The notes: generated by a model from the letters alone, not told the origin. DNA of 64,000 nt from an uncultured Verrucomicrobiaceae bacterium (GCA_964515735.1 CAZEVP010000001.1:14749-78748); one strand, 5' to 3'; shown: positions 18,696-28,651, numbered from the stretch's first letter. Translations and numbers: made by a program.

Positions 18696-20087
18696 CTATG
18701 GAATCGCAAGCAACTCCCCTCCGACAGCCGATTCGCGGTCGCCGCCACCACTGGTCGCCGTAATGACGATGCCGGGTGTCCCCGCCGGCCAGACGATCTC
18801 GGCCGACTGCCCATCGGCCAGCTCTCTGCTGTCGGCCACCAACATGCCGCCGTTCCCGTACAGCTGCAGCCGCAACGTGCCGCCCCCTCGGGTATTGGCC
18901 AGCAACCGGTATCGACCACCTGACGCCATACTCGCCCACGGCATCTTCGAGATGTTGCGACCCGATTTGTTGACCATTACGACTCGATCGGGGGTCGGCG
19001 GAAAAACCACCGCCTGTGACCAGGTATCGAACCTCCCCGCCTTCGAGCCTTGCTGCAACATCCACGGTCCGCGCATCGACAACCGGTTCAGGTTCGACGC
19101 CATCTGCATCGGCCGCCCGTTGCCATCGATCCAGCCAGTGGTATCGACCACCTGCCGCAACCCGGCGCGAATCCTGTGCAGATCGTGCGCGACGACGGCA
19201 TTCCATCCCCCTTTGTGCAACCCGTAGCCACTGCCATTCTCGGCATAGATGACGAATGGCGTTCCGACATTCCGATCGACGACGTACGCACCATACAACT
19301 TCAGTGTCTCGGCTACTTTGCGCAAATCGGCATTCGCGATCGTTCGTGTGTCGAACCCGGGCGGCAACATCATCAACGCGCCCTGTGGAATCCTGCCGCT
19401 ATTGGTGGATGCGGCATTGCCGTCCGCCGACGTGGCCGGAAAGATGAAGGTGGGTTTGGCGCTCAGTGCATTTGCCGCCAGCGACATCGCCAGCGCATGA
19501 CGAAAGTGCGGCAACCCGTCGTCGATCTCGTGTTTACGGATGAGCCCGCCCATCGTTGGCACACCGGCCGCCCTTGATCCCTGAAAATAGTGCGCTGGCT
19601 CTCCCCAGCCACGACCATCGAGACGAGTCCATGCGTACTGCGTCGCACGCCATTTGCCATCGATCTTTCTGAGCTGAAAAAAGGAATGGATGATCTTCGC
19701 CTCGGGATCGACGATATCGGCATGACCATCGTTTCCAGCCGCTGGCGTCACGTTCGCCGGCCAGCGCGGTATGACGATCTCCGGCTGAAAGGTTTCGGCG
19801 TCCGGATTCCACAGCCCCTTCTTGCCCAGAGCGCCATGGACCGTCATTGGCGTGTCGTCGGGACCGGCGATGAATACGCCGGTGGAATAGTTCCCTTCGG
19901 CAACCGTAGGGAAGTACTGCGAGAGCGGAATCTCGAAGTTTCCGAATTTCGGGTCAACCGGGCGCGAATTCCACGGCGACGTTGCCGCGAACGGGTGAAA
20001 TGCCGTCCCCCATGCCGGCGGCTCCGCATTGGCGGCGATCGCCATCAAGCATCCCGCCATCAGAAGCATTTTCAATAGTCGATTCAC
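18696..20087 (-). CDS. Secreted protein of unknown function (~463 aa)
   Basis: GTG at 20087 preceded by GGAGGG. Signal peptide VNRLLKMLLMAGCLMAIAANA/EPP. No motif I can assign. The track ORF (to 20312) would overlap the MBOAT gene. Confidence 0.6.
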   Translation of the reverse strand: MNRLLKMLLMAGCLMAIAANAEPPAWGTAFHPFAATSPWNSRPVDPKFGNFEIPLSQYFPTVAEGNYSTGVFIAGPDDTPMTVHGALGKKGLWNPDAETFQPEIVIPRWPANVTPAAGNDGHADIVDPEAKIIHSFFQLRKIDGKWRATQYAWTRLDGRGWGEPAHYFQGSRAAGVPTMGGLIRKHEIDDGLPHFRHALAMSLAANALSAKPTFIFPATSADGNAASTNSGRIPQGALMMLPPGFDTRTIANADLRKVAETLKLYGAYVVDRNVGTPFVIYAENGSGYGLHKGGWNAVVAHDLHRIRAGLRQVVDTTGWIDGNGRPMQMASNLNRLSMRGPWMLQQGSKAGRFDTWSQAVVFPPTPDRVVMVNKSGRNISKMPWASMASGGRYRLLANTRGGGTLRLQLYGNGGMLVADSRELADGQSAEIVWPAGTPGIVITATSGGGDRESAVGGELLAIP

Positions 20088-20115
20088 GATAATCCCTCCA
20101 CCGCTACCAAAAGAT

Positions 20116-21537
20116 TCAGAAAGCGAAGTAGATGAATCCGCTTCCGCCCGATGAAATCGCCAACAGAAGATAGAAAACTGCTGCCAGGGACATACCACTG
20201 AGCAATGCCGGCGCCCGTGCGAAATACATCGCGATACCGGTTCCGGCACCGCGTCGCCAGAAGTGCAGAGCCAGCGCCGAAACGACCAGAAAAAAGCCAA
20301 GGACAGAGGCATCCGTCAGCAGCTGCTCTGGCCTGTCGGAAATCATCGCCTCGACATAGTGTCCTGCATCCTCCAATGAATCGGAGCGAAACAGGATTCT
20401 CGACCAGGCGACGAAGTTGAACATGTACAGCCACAACAGCACCTTTCCGGCCAGACCCGTATGTCCGTCACCAATTGGCTGGCCCGAGGCTCGAAACCGG
20501 CGTAAATACCGCTCGATGCAAACGGCGCTTCCATGCAGGAATCCGTAGACGACGAAGTTCCAGCCGGCGCCGTGCCATATGCCGATCGCCACGAAGGTGA
20601 TCAGTATGTTCAGATAGACATTCCCATGCTTCGATCCCCCAAGGCCGAAAAACAGATAGTCCCGGAAGAAGCTCGACATCGATATATGCCATCGCTGCCA
20701 GAACCGGGACACCGACAGCGAGGCATATGGAGACCGGAAGTTCTGCATCAGCTCAAAGCCGAATACCTTGGCCACACCACGCGCGATATCGGTATATCCG
20801 GACAGATCCATATAGATCTGCAGCGTGAACGCGTAAACGGCCAGCACCAGATAAACCGAAGAGAACTTCTCCGGATCGGCGAAGGCCGGATCGACCACAT
20901 GCTGCGCCAGAAGATCGGCGAAAACGATCTTCTTTATGAATCCACGGACGACGAGACAAAGCCCGGCCGTGAATCGATCACCGGAAACTTCGCCACCTCT
21001 GGCAATCTGCGGCAACAGATCGGTGGCCCGATTTATCGGCCCCGAGAGAAGCGATGGGAAGAAGGAGAGATAAAGCAGGAAGTCCATCAGGTTTCGGCAC
21101 GCCGGCAGCTTCCCGCGCCTCACGTCGATGACGTAGGAGAGTCCCTGGAAGGTATAAAAGGATATCCCGATTGGAGCGACGACCATGATCACATCGGAAT
21201 GGAGGTGCAGGGCACGCAGCAGGCTCTCCACCTGCTCGAGAAAGAAGCCGGAATACTTGAAATAGCCAATTGCCAACAGCGGCACCAGAACTGCCACCAC
21301 CAAGGCCGCCCGCTCTCGCCAGCCTCCCCTCCAGCGCTCGATCGCGATCGCGATGAAGAAATAGAAGAACGACATCGCCAGCAGCACGGCGAAGAATCGC
21401 TCGTCCAGCATCAGATAGAAGTACCAGGAGCCGAGCAGCAGCAGGATCTTTCGTGCCCGTGCGGATACCGGCAGCCCCCAGCAGAGCAACCAGAGCACCA
21501 GGGTGAATATCGCGAAACCGGAGGACTGAAAGCTCAT
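20116..21537 (-). CDS. MBOAT-family membrane O-acyltransferase (AlgI/DltB-like)
   Basis: 473 aa, polytopic. FWQRWHISMSSFFRDYLFFGLGGSKHG and conserved His block IGIWHGAGWNF. Confidence 0.9.
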   Translation of the reverse strand: MSFQSSGFAIFTLVLWLLCWGLPVSARARKILLLLGSWYFYLMLDERFFAVLLAMSFFYFFIAIAIERWRGGWRERAALVVAVLVPLLAIGYFKYSGFFLEQVESLLRALHLHSDVIMVVAPIGISFYTFQGLSYVIDVRRGKLPACRNLMDFLLYLSFFPSLLSGPINRATDLLPQIARGGEVSGDRFTAGLCLVVRGFIKKIVFADLLAQHVVDPAFADPEKFSSVYLVLAVYAFTLQIYMDLSGYTDIARGVAKVFGFELMQNFRSPYASLSVSRFWQRWHISMSSFFRDYLFFGLGGSKHGNVYLNILITFVAIGIWHGAGWNFVVYGFLHGSAVCIERYLRRFRASGQPIGDGHTGLAGKVLLWLYMFNFVAWSRILFRSDSLEDAGHYVEAMISDRPEQLLTDASVLGFFLVVSALALHFWRRGAGTGIAMYFARAPALLSGMSLAAVFYLLLAISSGGSGFIYFAF

Positions 21538-22547
21538 CCCCCCCTCCCGGCCAATCTCGACGACAGGATGACATCGGTGATCTTGTCACTGAGCAGCTCT
21601 TCACCACGCCGATTGAAATGGGTCGCATCCCCAAAGTAAGCGGTTCCCGAAGGCAACTCGCGCGCCACGTCGATCACGGAAACACCGAGATTTCCCGCAA
21701 CCCTGCGGATGGCATCGTTGTACAGGTCGTACGCCTCGTTCAGCTGAGCCATCGAAAGGCAGCTCGCATAGCCACGCACCGACGCCGACAACCGCCACTG
21801 CAGCTCCGGCTCCTGATTCGGCGAAAAGGCACGCCCACCGGTCATGACGATGACGTATCGCGAATAGGACTTCGCCTTCTCGATCAGCTCCGACAATGTG
21901 TTCTCGAACTGACTGGTATCGAACTCCTCGACCTTTCCCGATGCATGCATCGGGGCAGCGGGCCGGAAAGGCTCGGTCTTGCGTCGAATCATCCTGAACG
22001 ATACCCACCACTCCGGAAGCACCGAGCCATCCTCGACCCGTTGCGCCTGGCAGTAGTCGGAGACATCGTTGAAACCGGGATATATCAGGATGAAGTCCGG
22101 CTTCACCCTGCCTGCTATCCGCTCCAGCATTGCCAGCTGGTCGGCGATCCGATAGCCGGCGATACCGGCATTTATCGCTCGGTAACTGTCATTCATCCTT
22201 CGCGACAGCTTTTCCGCTACCAGATAGGAAAAGGTTTCTTCGTTGCTATCCGCCAGTTCGCCCATGACCGTGGAAGCGCCAATGAACAGAAGATGGCGAT
22301 CCGATCCCTTTTCTATCTCATCGGATCGAAGCCCGAGTGAATTGATGCGAAAGCCAGGCCGTGAATAGGCCGGGTTCAGCAGTTTCTGTCCCGACTCCTC
22401 GTCATTGATGTATTTGGTCTCGTTCAGCAGGATCGCGATCAAACCCTGACCGGTATTGGTGTAGAAGTAGATCTGCCCCGCCATCTCCACCAGTAGCACT
22501 ACCGAGAGGAAAACAACGACCGGCAAAATGAAATAGAGCCTTTTCAT
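21534..22547 (-). CDS. SGNH/GDSL-type hydrolase/acyltransferase partner of the MBOAT
   Basis: N-terminal TM anchor. Block I LLFIGASTVMG, block III ILIYPGFNDV, block V GDATHFN. ATGA overlaps with both neighbouring genes. Confidence 0.7.
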   Translation of the reverse strand: MKRLYFILPVVVFLSVVLLVEMAGQIYFYTNTGQGLIAILLNETKYINDEESGQKLLNPAYSRPGFRINSLGLRSDEIEKGSDRHLLFIGASTVMGELADSNEETFSYLVAEKLSRRMNDSYRAINAGIAGYRIADQLAMLERIAGRVKPDFILIYPGFNDVSDYCQAQRVEDGSVLPEWWVSFRMIRRKTEPFRPAAPMHASGKVEEFDTSQFENTLSELIEKAKSYSRYVIVMTGGRAFSPNQEPELQWRLSASVRGYASCLSMAQLNEAYDLYNDAIRRVAGNLGVSVIDVARELPSGTAYFGDATHFNRRGEELLSDKITDVILSSRLAGRGG

Positions 22548-23980
22548 GGTCGACCGACGATGCTCTTGCCATCATCGCTCCGTATGCGTTCTCCACACCG
22601 CTCCCTTGCTCTCTCCCTGACGAGGGCGACACCGGCTCCCAGCAGGAAAAATACATACCAGTTGTATGACAGATAACCCAGCATATTGTCCGACATGCTG
22701 ATGACCGCATACTGAACGACGATCAGGATCAGCACCAATGACAGCAGCCGATCATCTTTCCTGAGACTGAACAGGGATTTCCCTATTGCCAGCATCAACC
22801 CCACATAGGCGATCAACCCGAAGGCGCCCAGATTGAAGAACATTTCCACATAGACGTTGTGAGCGCCCGCGTTAACCTCTCCGCTCATCGAAAAGAACAC
22901 CGGAGAATAGAACGTGAAGGCGCCAACGCCATAGCCGAAAAGATAGCGGGAAGGCTCGATCCAGCGCAGGCCTTCGGTCCAGATCAGCTTCCGCCATGCG
23001 AAGGAGTTCAGTCTTGCATACTGGACGACCTCGTTACCCTGGCCGAGGTCCATCAGCCGCTCCTGCACACCCGGAATCATCAGTGCGATGACCGGAGCAA
23101 TGCAGATGTAGACGATATATTTTCTTTCGAAGATCAGCGCATAAATGGCGAACATCGTAAAGCAGGCCAGCCACGCGCTTCGGGTCTGCGTCATCAACAG
23201 AAGAAACATGACGATCAGGAAATAGGCCAATACCAACCGCCTCTGCCACGGCTCCCGAAAATAGCCGTCCGATTTGATCATGTAGAGCAGAACCATCGAA
23301 ATCGTGACCAGATAGAACGCGAATATGTTCGGGTGGGCAAAGGTACCGCTCAATCGCGATGAGCCGACGCCAACCACCGCCAGCTGGAACAGCCCGTATA
23401 AAACCGGAATGAACGACGAAGCCAGCGTGATGTTCAGGCACTGCCGGATTCCGCCATAGCGGCTGACATAGAAAAAGGCGGCGATGAAAACCGAAAAGTA
23501 GGAACAGACCGCCAGCAGGGAACGAAGCCCTGAAGATCGATCCGGTGCATAGAAAACGCCCGCGACAAATGACAGCAGGAGCATCCACCAGATGAACTGC
23601 TGCCTGATTGCCGCAAACCGCCGGCCTTCCAGCAGCAGTGAAACGACGATACCGATGATGGCGATGTTGATCAGGCCACCCAACCCGATCGAAATCCCTC
23701 CGATGCCGAACTTCGTGCTGTCGAACAACAGATCGCCCGCCGACCTGAACAGCAGAATCCCCGTCAGCAACAGGAACTTGTCGACGAAATATACCGTCAG
23801 TAGAACGATCACTGCCGGCAGAACCAGCAGTCGCCCGACGCTGCCATCCATCGCAACCACATAGAACGGCACGGCCATGCCGATGGCCAGCGCCAATCCG
23901 ACCGCCGCCAGCAACGGCAGCCGTCCTGCTGACCTCGCTCCGGCTGTGCGCTCCAGCAACGAACCTGCCGCCCTGATCAT
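22544..23980 (-). CDS. wzy: Wzy-type polymerase / O-antigen-ligase-family membrane protein
   Basis: 478 aa, >10 TM segments, central MTQTRSAWLA loop typical of the O-antigen ligase/polymerase domain. Confidence 0.7.
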   Translation of the reverse strand: MIRAAGSLLERTAGARSAGRLPLLAAVGLALAIGMAVPFYVVAMDGSVGRLLVLPAVIVLLTVYFVDKFLLLTGILLFRSAGDLLFDSTKFGIGGISIGLGGLINIAIIGIVVSLLLEGRRFAAIRQQFIWWMLLLSFVAGVFYAPDRSSGLRSLLAVCSYFSVFIAAFFYVSRYGGIRQCLNITLASSFIPVLYGLFQLAVVGVGSSRLSGTFAHPNIFAFYLVTISMVLLYMIKSDGYFREPWQRRLVLAYFLIVMFLLLMTQTRSAWLACFTMFAIYALIFERKYIVYICIAPVIALMIPGVQERLMDLGQGNEVVQYARLNSFAWRKLIWTEGLRWIEPSRYLFGYGVGAFTFYSPVFFSMSGEVNAGAHNVYVEMFFNLGAFGLIAYVGLMLAIGKSLFSLRKDDRLLSLVLILIVVQYAVISMSDNMLGYLSYNWYVFFLLGAGVALVRERARERCGERIRSDDGKSIVGRP

Positions 23981-24058
23981 TCACTGCCCCCCGTTCGGAG
24001 TTGTCGCATCACGCAACCCTCAGCGCGCCCTCGACACTCTCCAGCGTGCAACGACCCC

Positions 24059-24943
24059 TCATTCGATGAGCACACTTCCAATGGCCTTGATTCCACTCTC
24101 CTCGAACAACGACAGCAGCTTTCTCATGCTTTCGGACCGGCTTCGACCGCGGCGTGCCGCCACCAGCGCCGAACCGGCCCGCATGGCGATGATCTGCCCA
24201 TCCGAGCTTTCGGAAGCAGCCGGCGTATCGACGATGATGACGTCGAAGCTTCCATTCATCAGTCTCATGAAGCTGCCGAGCTCGCTTCTGGCCACCATCT
24301 CCTGCGGATTCGGTGGCAATGCGCCCGACGTGACGACGGACAGATCCAGCAGCGATGGAATACGGACGGTCGCCTCGACGATCGTCGACCTGCCGGCCAG
24401 CACTTCGGAAAGCCCACAGCGATTTTCGATGCCGAACAGTTCGTGCTGCCGCGGATGGCGCAGATCGGCATCGACGATCAGCGTCTTTTCACCAAGCTGG
24501 GAAAAAACAACGCCCAGGTTCGCAGCCAGCCACGAGCGCCCCTCACCCCTGTCCGGACTGACGATCGCGACCACCTTCTGCTCCGTCCCCTGCTGCATCC
24601 AGCGCAGCATCAGCCGGCTTCGCAGTGCACGCAAAGCCTCCACTTTCGCGGTGAATGGCTCGTAAGCAGCCATCACTGTGCTGCTGACCCTGCTTTCTCC
24701 ACGCCGGAGATACGGATATTCGAACTGTCTCGCCATGGCCAGGTCGATGTCTTCCCGGGAGAGAATCCCCAGATCGATTGCAGCCTCACCAAAGCGCAGG
24801 CCACTGCGCTGCTGGTGATTGACGACGAGCTCAGCCTCTTCTGCCGTCAGGCGGCCGGCATCGATCAGAATCGCTCCGATCGAACGCTCCTTGATGGCTA
24901 ATCGGCCACTCAACTTCCCTATCACATTGCTCATATTGTTCAT
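24059..24943 (-). CDS. Stand-alone BY-kinase-like P-loop ATPase (EpsG-type) with MshEN/T2SSE_N-like N-terminal domain
   Basis: Walker A-like VSPDRGEGRSW (Arg where Lys is expected), A' LIVDADLRHP, Walker B FDVIIVDTPA. N-terminus IGAILIDAGRLTAEEAELVVNHQ...RFGEAAIDLGILSREDIDLAMARQ. No Tyr in the last 40 residues. Confidence 0.8.
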   Translation of the reverse strand: MNNMSNVIGKLSGRLAIKERSIGAILIDAGRLTAEEAELVVNHQQRSGLRFGEAAIDLGILSREDIDLAMARQFEYPYLRRGESRVSSTVMAAYEPFTAKVEALRALRSRLMLRWMQQGTEQKVVAIVSPDRGEGRSWLAANLGVVFSQLGEKTLIVDADLRHPRQHELFGIENRCGLSEVLAGRSTIVEATVRIPSLLDLSVVTSGALPPNPQEMVARSELGSFMRLMNGSFDVIIVDTPAASESSDGQIIAMRAGSALVAARRGRSRSESMRKLLSLFEESGIKAIGSVLIE

Positions 24944-24977
24944 AAAACTCTCCTGACGGCGTCAGTCCGACGAGAAA

Positions 24978-26375
24978 TCAACCAATGGCCAGCTGCGCCT
25001 CGGCCCGGGCTCGCATCCGTCGAGACTTCCTGTCATCCCTCGGGATGACACCCAGCACCGGTACACCCGAAAACCTCTCCAGATCGTCCGTGCTGCGCAC
25101 CCGCTGATCGATCAGTTCGAGTATCAATGCCACACCTATTCCCAATACGATCCCGATGCCTACGGCAACCAGGAGATTGACAAGAATCTTCGGGCTGGAC
25201 GGGCTCAGGGGTACCGCGGCCTTGTTGAGTACGGCGATATTCGTCTGCTGCGTTTCACTTTCGAGACTGACCTGCGTCAACCGCTGGGCAACGAGATCGT
25301 AGGCGTGCTGCGCACTTCCCACATCGCGCTGAAGGACCTGTATCTGATCCCGCTGGGCACGCAGCCGAAGAATCTGATCCTTTTTCGCGTCGATCTCCGC
25401 GAGAATCTCCGCCACCCTTTTCTCGTTGACGCGTGCGGCGGTGTTGATCGATCGAACGATGCGCTGAGTCTCCAGGGCTATTTGCTGCTTGAGGGTCTCC
25501 AGCTGCGCCCGCTCATCGAGATACTGAGGATGGTTCCTGCCAAAACGGGACTCGAGCTGAACCAGATTCGCCTCCTGCCTGGCTACCGCCTCCTGAAGGT
25601 TTCTGATCAGTGGGCTCTCGATAACCTCCGGGAGGGATTCCGCCGACGACGAAGCCTGGCTCTGGCGGGAACTTATGTCGGCACGCTTTCCCTGAACCTC
25701 CGCCAGCTGGCTGTGCAAGCCCGACAGATGCGCCACCTCAATGTCCAGGCGCTCGTCATTGACAACGATGCCGTGTTCCTGCTGATAGCTGGAAAGCTTG
25801 CGTTGTGCCCGTTCGAGATTCTCGCGAAGCTCTTCCATGCGCTCCAGAAACCACTGCGCATATTTTCTGGCCGGCTCTACCTTCAACTCCAGACTGGTGT
25901 CGATATAGGCATCGGCGAACGCGTTGGCTATATTCGTGACCAGTTCCGGATCGGGGCCGGAGAAGCTGATACTGATCACGTTCGACTCACGCGATGGATT
26001 CACCTCCAGCCTGGTCTTCAATTGATTCGCTTTCCATACGATAAAATCGCCCTTCCCTTCCGATACCTCTCTCCACAGGCTCTGCTGCTCCGCTGATTGA
26101 TCCATCCTGAGGAGCCTGACCACTTTTTCGGCAACACTCCGGCTATTGATGATGTCGACCTGCGTGGCCATATAGCCCGGCAGGTACTGGGAGGGCATCA
26201 TCGCTCCAACCAACGGATCCGGCGTCTTTACATCGACAACCAGGGACGTAGTGGCCGTATAGCTCTTGCTGAGCAGGAAGCTGACGGCCAATGCCGCCCC
26301 GATGACCACAGCGAATACCAGGAAGGCCGACCTCCATCGCGCCATCAGTATCAGAAAGAGCTGCCGCAAACTCAT
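24978..26375 (-). CDS. Polysaccharide co-polymerase / chain-length determinant (Wzz/GumC-like, no fused kinase)
   Basis: N-terminal TM (AFLVFAVVIGAALAVSFLL), long coiled-coil periplasmic region, C-terminal TM (LVNLLVAVGIGIVLGIGVALILELI). ATG at 26375 preferred; the track ORF starts at 26423. Confidence 0.8.
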   Translation of the reverse strand: MSLRQLFLILMARWRSAFLVFAVVIGAALAVSFLLSKSYTATTSLVVDVKTPDPLVGAMMPSQYLPGYMATQVDIINSRSVAEKVVRLLRMDQSAEQQSLWREVSEGKGDFIVWKANQLKTRLEVNPSRESNVISISFSGPDPELVTNIANAFADAYIDTSLELKVEPARKYAQWFLERMEELRENLERAQRKLSSYQQEHGIVVNDERLDIEVAHLSGLHSQLAEVQGKRADISSRQSQASSSAESLPEVIESPLIRNLQEAVARQEANLVQLESRFGRNHPQYLDERAQLETLKQQIALETQRIVRSINTAARVNEKRVAEILAEIDAKKDQILRLRAQRDQIQVLQRDVGSAQHAYDLVAQRLTQVSLESETQQTNIAVLNKAAVPLSPSSPKILVNLLVAVGIGIVLGIGVALILELIDQRVRSTDDLERFSGVPVLGVIPRDDRKSRRMRARAEAQLAIG

Positions 26376-26512
26376 ATCCCGTTCCCCTGAATATCCTGGC
26401 GACCACTCGCAACCCGTCACCATTTGTTCAACAACTATCCGTGTAGCCGCTATTTACATAGCAACGACGATTCCAGCCCGAAGGCCTTCGAAACCCTTCT
26501 CTCTCGAACGGA

Positions 26513-27733
26513 TCACCACAGGTACTGGACCGAGGTTCTCCAGATATCGACGTCGTACTCACGCAGCGATATGTCGGATTCCCGCTGCTCGTACTGATAG
26601 GTGAGCTGCAGGCTCAGAAACTTGCGTGGAACATAGGTCAGGCCGCCACCGATGATGTCGGTGACATCGTCCTTGCTCACATCCGCAATGACACCGAAAC
26701 CGGGATCTCCGCCAAAACTGCGCTCGCGTCTTTCGAAACGGGCACCCAGTGTCAGCGCCGGTGTCAGAGACCAGGTCGGAGTCACCACCACGGCTTCGGT
26801 GAGCACGAAGTTGTCCACCAGGTCGCCCTCGGCGCCCAGTTCGCGCCGTACCATCAGGTTGAGCCCGACCGTTTCCGTCACCTTCCAGTCATAGGCCAGC
26901 CGTCCCACCACCCCCGAATAGTTACGCGCCGACAGGTTCGGATACTCGCGATCGGCCACCCCGATGTAGCCGGATATGCGACTCAACGCGGACAGCCTCC
27001 AGTCTCCACGCAGCTGGATATCCTGCTGCTCGTAATCGGTGTCCCGGGTGGTGACGTCGGTTTGATTCGGATAGGTACCGTCGAGATGAGATACCACCAG
27101 CGCCAGCTGGCTCAGAGTGGGAGTGCGGTAGGTCAGCTTCGCCTCGATGATCTCCTCGTCGTACTCCGACGCAGTCGACGCGTCGTCGCTGTAGCGACTG
27201 GTGATCATGACTGCCGCCGCACCGATCGACCATGCCGGATGGAAGGCGTAGTTGGCGTCCGCCGAATAGCGATGGAACGTATTGATGCTCTGCTCGAAAG
27301 TGCGCGAATCGGCGAAACTGCGCGAAGCCTCGGACTGGTTGGCAGCAATGACTCCCCACCAATGGTTGCCGAACGCCCACTGCCAGCTCCCTGAGCCGTT
27401 CACAGTGGTGAAATTCAGGTAATCGTTTTCCCGATACTCGTTGCGCGCCGCCAGGACCTCCGCCCGCAACCGTTGCAGGCCCAATGTCTTGTCGATGCGG
27501 ACATTGCCGATCAGCTGCATCAACGCATCGTCGCGTTGCTGGCCATCGGGCGGGTCGACATCGTCGGGCAGGCGAAACAGGTTGTCGTCATCGCTGTAGC
27601 CAACCTGCACGGAAGCGCTCAGCGTATCGGCTGCCTCCTGTTGCGCAGCGGCTTCGTGCTGCATTGCGAACAGACATGCGAGGAGAACGGTGCCCGCTGC
27701 CACCCGGCGCTCGGCCATCCGTGTCGACTCCAT
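26513..27733 (-). CDS. Outer-membrane beta-barrel protein of the EPS locus (EpsL-like)
   Basis: Signal peptide ...GTVLLACLFAMQHEAAAQQ, alternating beta-strand pattern, C-terminal ...WRTSVQYLW aromatic terminus. Start ambiguous between 27718 and 27838. Confidence 0.6.
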   Translation of the reverse strand: MESTRMAERRVAAGTVLLACLFAMQHEAAAQQEAADTLSASVQVGYSDDDNLFRLPDDVDPPDGQQRDDALMQLIGNVRIDKTLGLQRLRAEVLAARNEYRENDYLNFTTVNGSGSWQWAFGNHWWGVIAANQSEASRSFADSRTFEQSINTFHRYSADANYAFHPAWSIGAAAVMITSRYSDDASTASEYDEEIIEAKLTYRTPTLSQLALVVSHLDGTYPNQTDVTTRDTDYEQQDIQLRGDWRLSALSRISGYIGVADREYPNLSARNYSGVVGRLAYDWKVTETVGLNLMVRRELGAEGDLVDNFVLTEAVVVTPTWSLTPALTLGARFERRERSFGGDPGFGVIADVSKDDVTDIIGGGLTYVPRKFLSLQLTYQYEQRESDISLREYDVDIWRTSVQYLW

Positions 27734-27844
27734 ACCCATGCGTACTCCATACCCTGCCGTCATCGCTTCGATCCTGTTGTTGCATCCATCTCGTCCACGA
27801 TCTGCGCCATGCGCCCGGCTGGCGCTGAATCGGCCCATGGCTGA

Positions 27845-28651
27845 TCAGAACCATCGCTCCTTGACCACGAGAACATCTTCCGGATGGAGCACGCTATCAG
27901 GCCCGATGGAGACCTCCTTCTCGGCGCCGGTGCTGCCATCCCGCCGCTTCACCACCACCCTGCTGTCACTGCCGCGCGGAGTCAGGCCACCGCCAACGGA
28001 AATGGCGCGCGACAGCGTCATGCCTCGATCGAGGCGATAGACGCCGGGATTTCGCACCTCGCCGTAGATGTAGAACTTCGGCGCCTTCGGCACATGGATG
28101 GTGTCGCCGCCGTGGACCATCATGTTCTGCTGCGGATCACCGGCGAAAAGCGCCTCCAGATTGACCTCTTGGCGGCTGCCATCCTTGCGCATGATCGTGG
28201 CGGTATCGGCGGCGGAATCGTTGATGACGTCACCGGCCTCGGCGAGGAAGTCCAGCACACGGCTGGAGGCAGCCAACGCATATTTTCCGGGCCGGTGGAC
28301 CTGCCCGAGTACCGACACCTTCTGGCTCTCGTACTCGAGCACCAGCACGCTGACCTGCGGATCACGAATGAAGCCACCGGAGATCAACCGCTGTTTCAAC
28401 AGCGCGGCGACACCGGCTGGCGACTGTGCCGACACCAGAATTTCACCAACCAGAGGAAAGGAGATGCGACCGCTCTGGCTGACGCGAACTTCGGTGGCGA
28501 GATCGGGATATCCGAACACCGATATTCTCAACAGATCTCCCGCACCGAGTCTGAGGTCCTGTTCGTCAGCACCAGCCGGAACGACCAAGGCCATCAGCGC
28601 CACCATCAGAAACGATGCGAACACAGCCTGCCGTTTCACAGTGCATCTCAT
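27845..28651 (-). CDS. Periplasmic polysaccharide export protein (Wza/Poly_export + SLBB-like)
   Basis: Signal peptide. LGAGDLLRISVFGYPDL...VSQSGRISFPLVGEI..., and a C-terminal soluble-ligand-binding beta-grasp-like part. Confidence 0.8.
   Translation of the reverse strand: MRCTVKRQAVFASFLMVALMALVVPAGADEQDLRLGAGDLLRISVFGYPDLATEVRVSQSGRISFPLVGEILVSAQSPAGVAALLKQRLISGGFIRDPQVSVLVLEYESQKVSVLGQVHRPGKYALAASSRVLDFLAEAGDVINDSAADTATIMRKDGSRQEVNLEALFAGDPQQNMMVHGGDTIHVPKAPKFYIYGEVRNPGVYRLDRGMTLSRAISVGGGLTPRGSDSRVVVKRRDGSTGAEKEVSIGPDSVLHPEDVLVVKERWF

Noticed and set aside
18696-20087. PEP-CTERM sorting signal at the C-terminus of the secreted unknown protein
   Set aside because: The C-terminus (...RESAVGGELLAIP) has no PEP motif, no TM helix and no basic tail.
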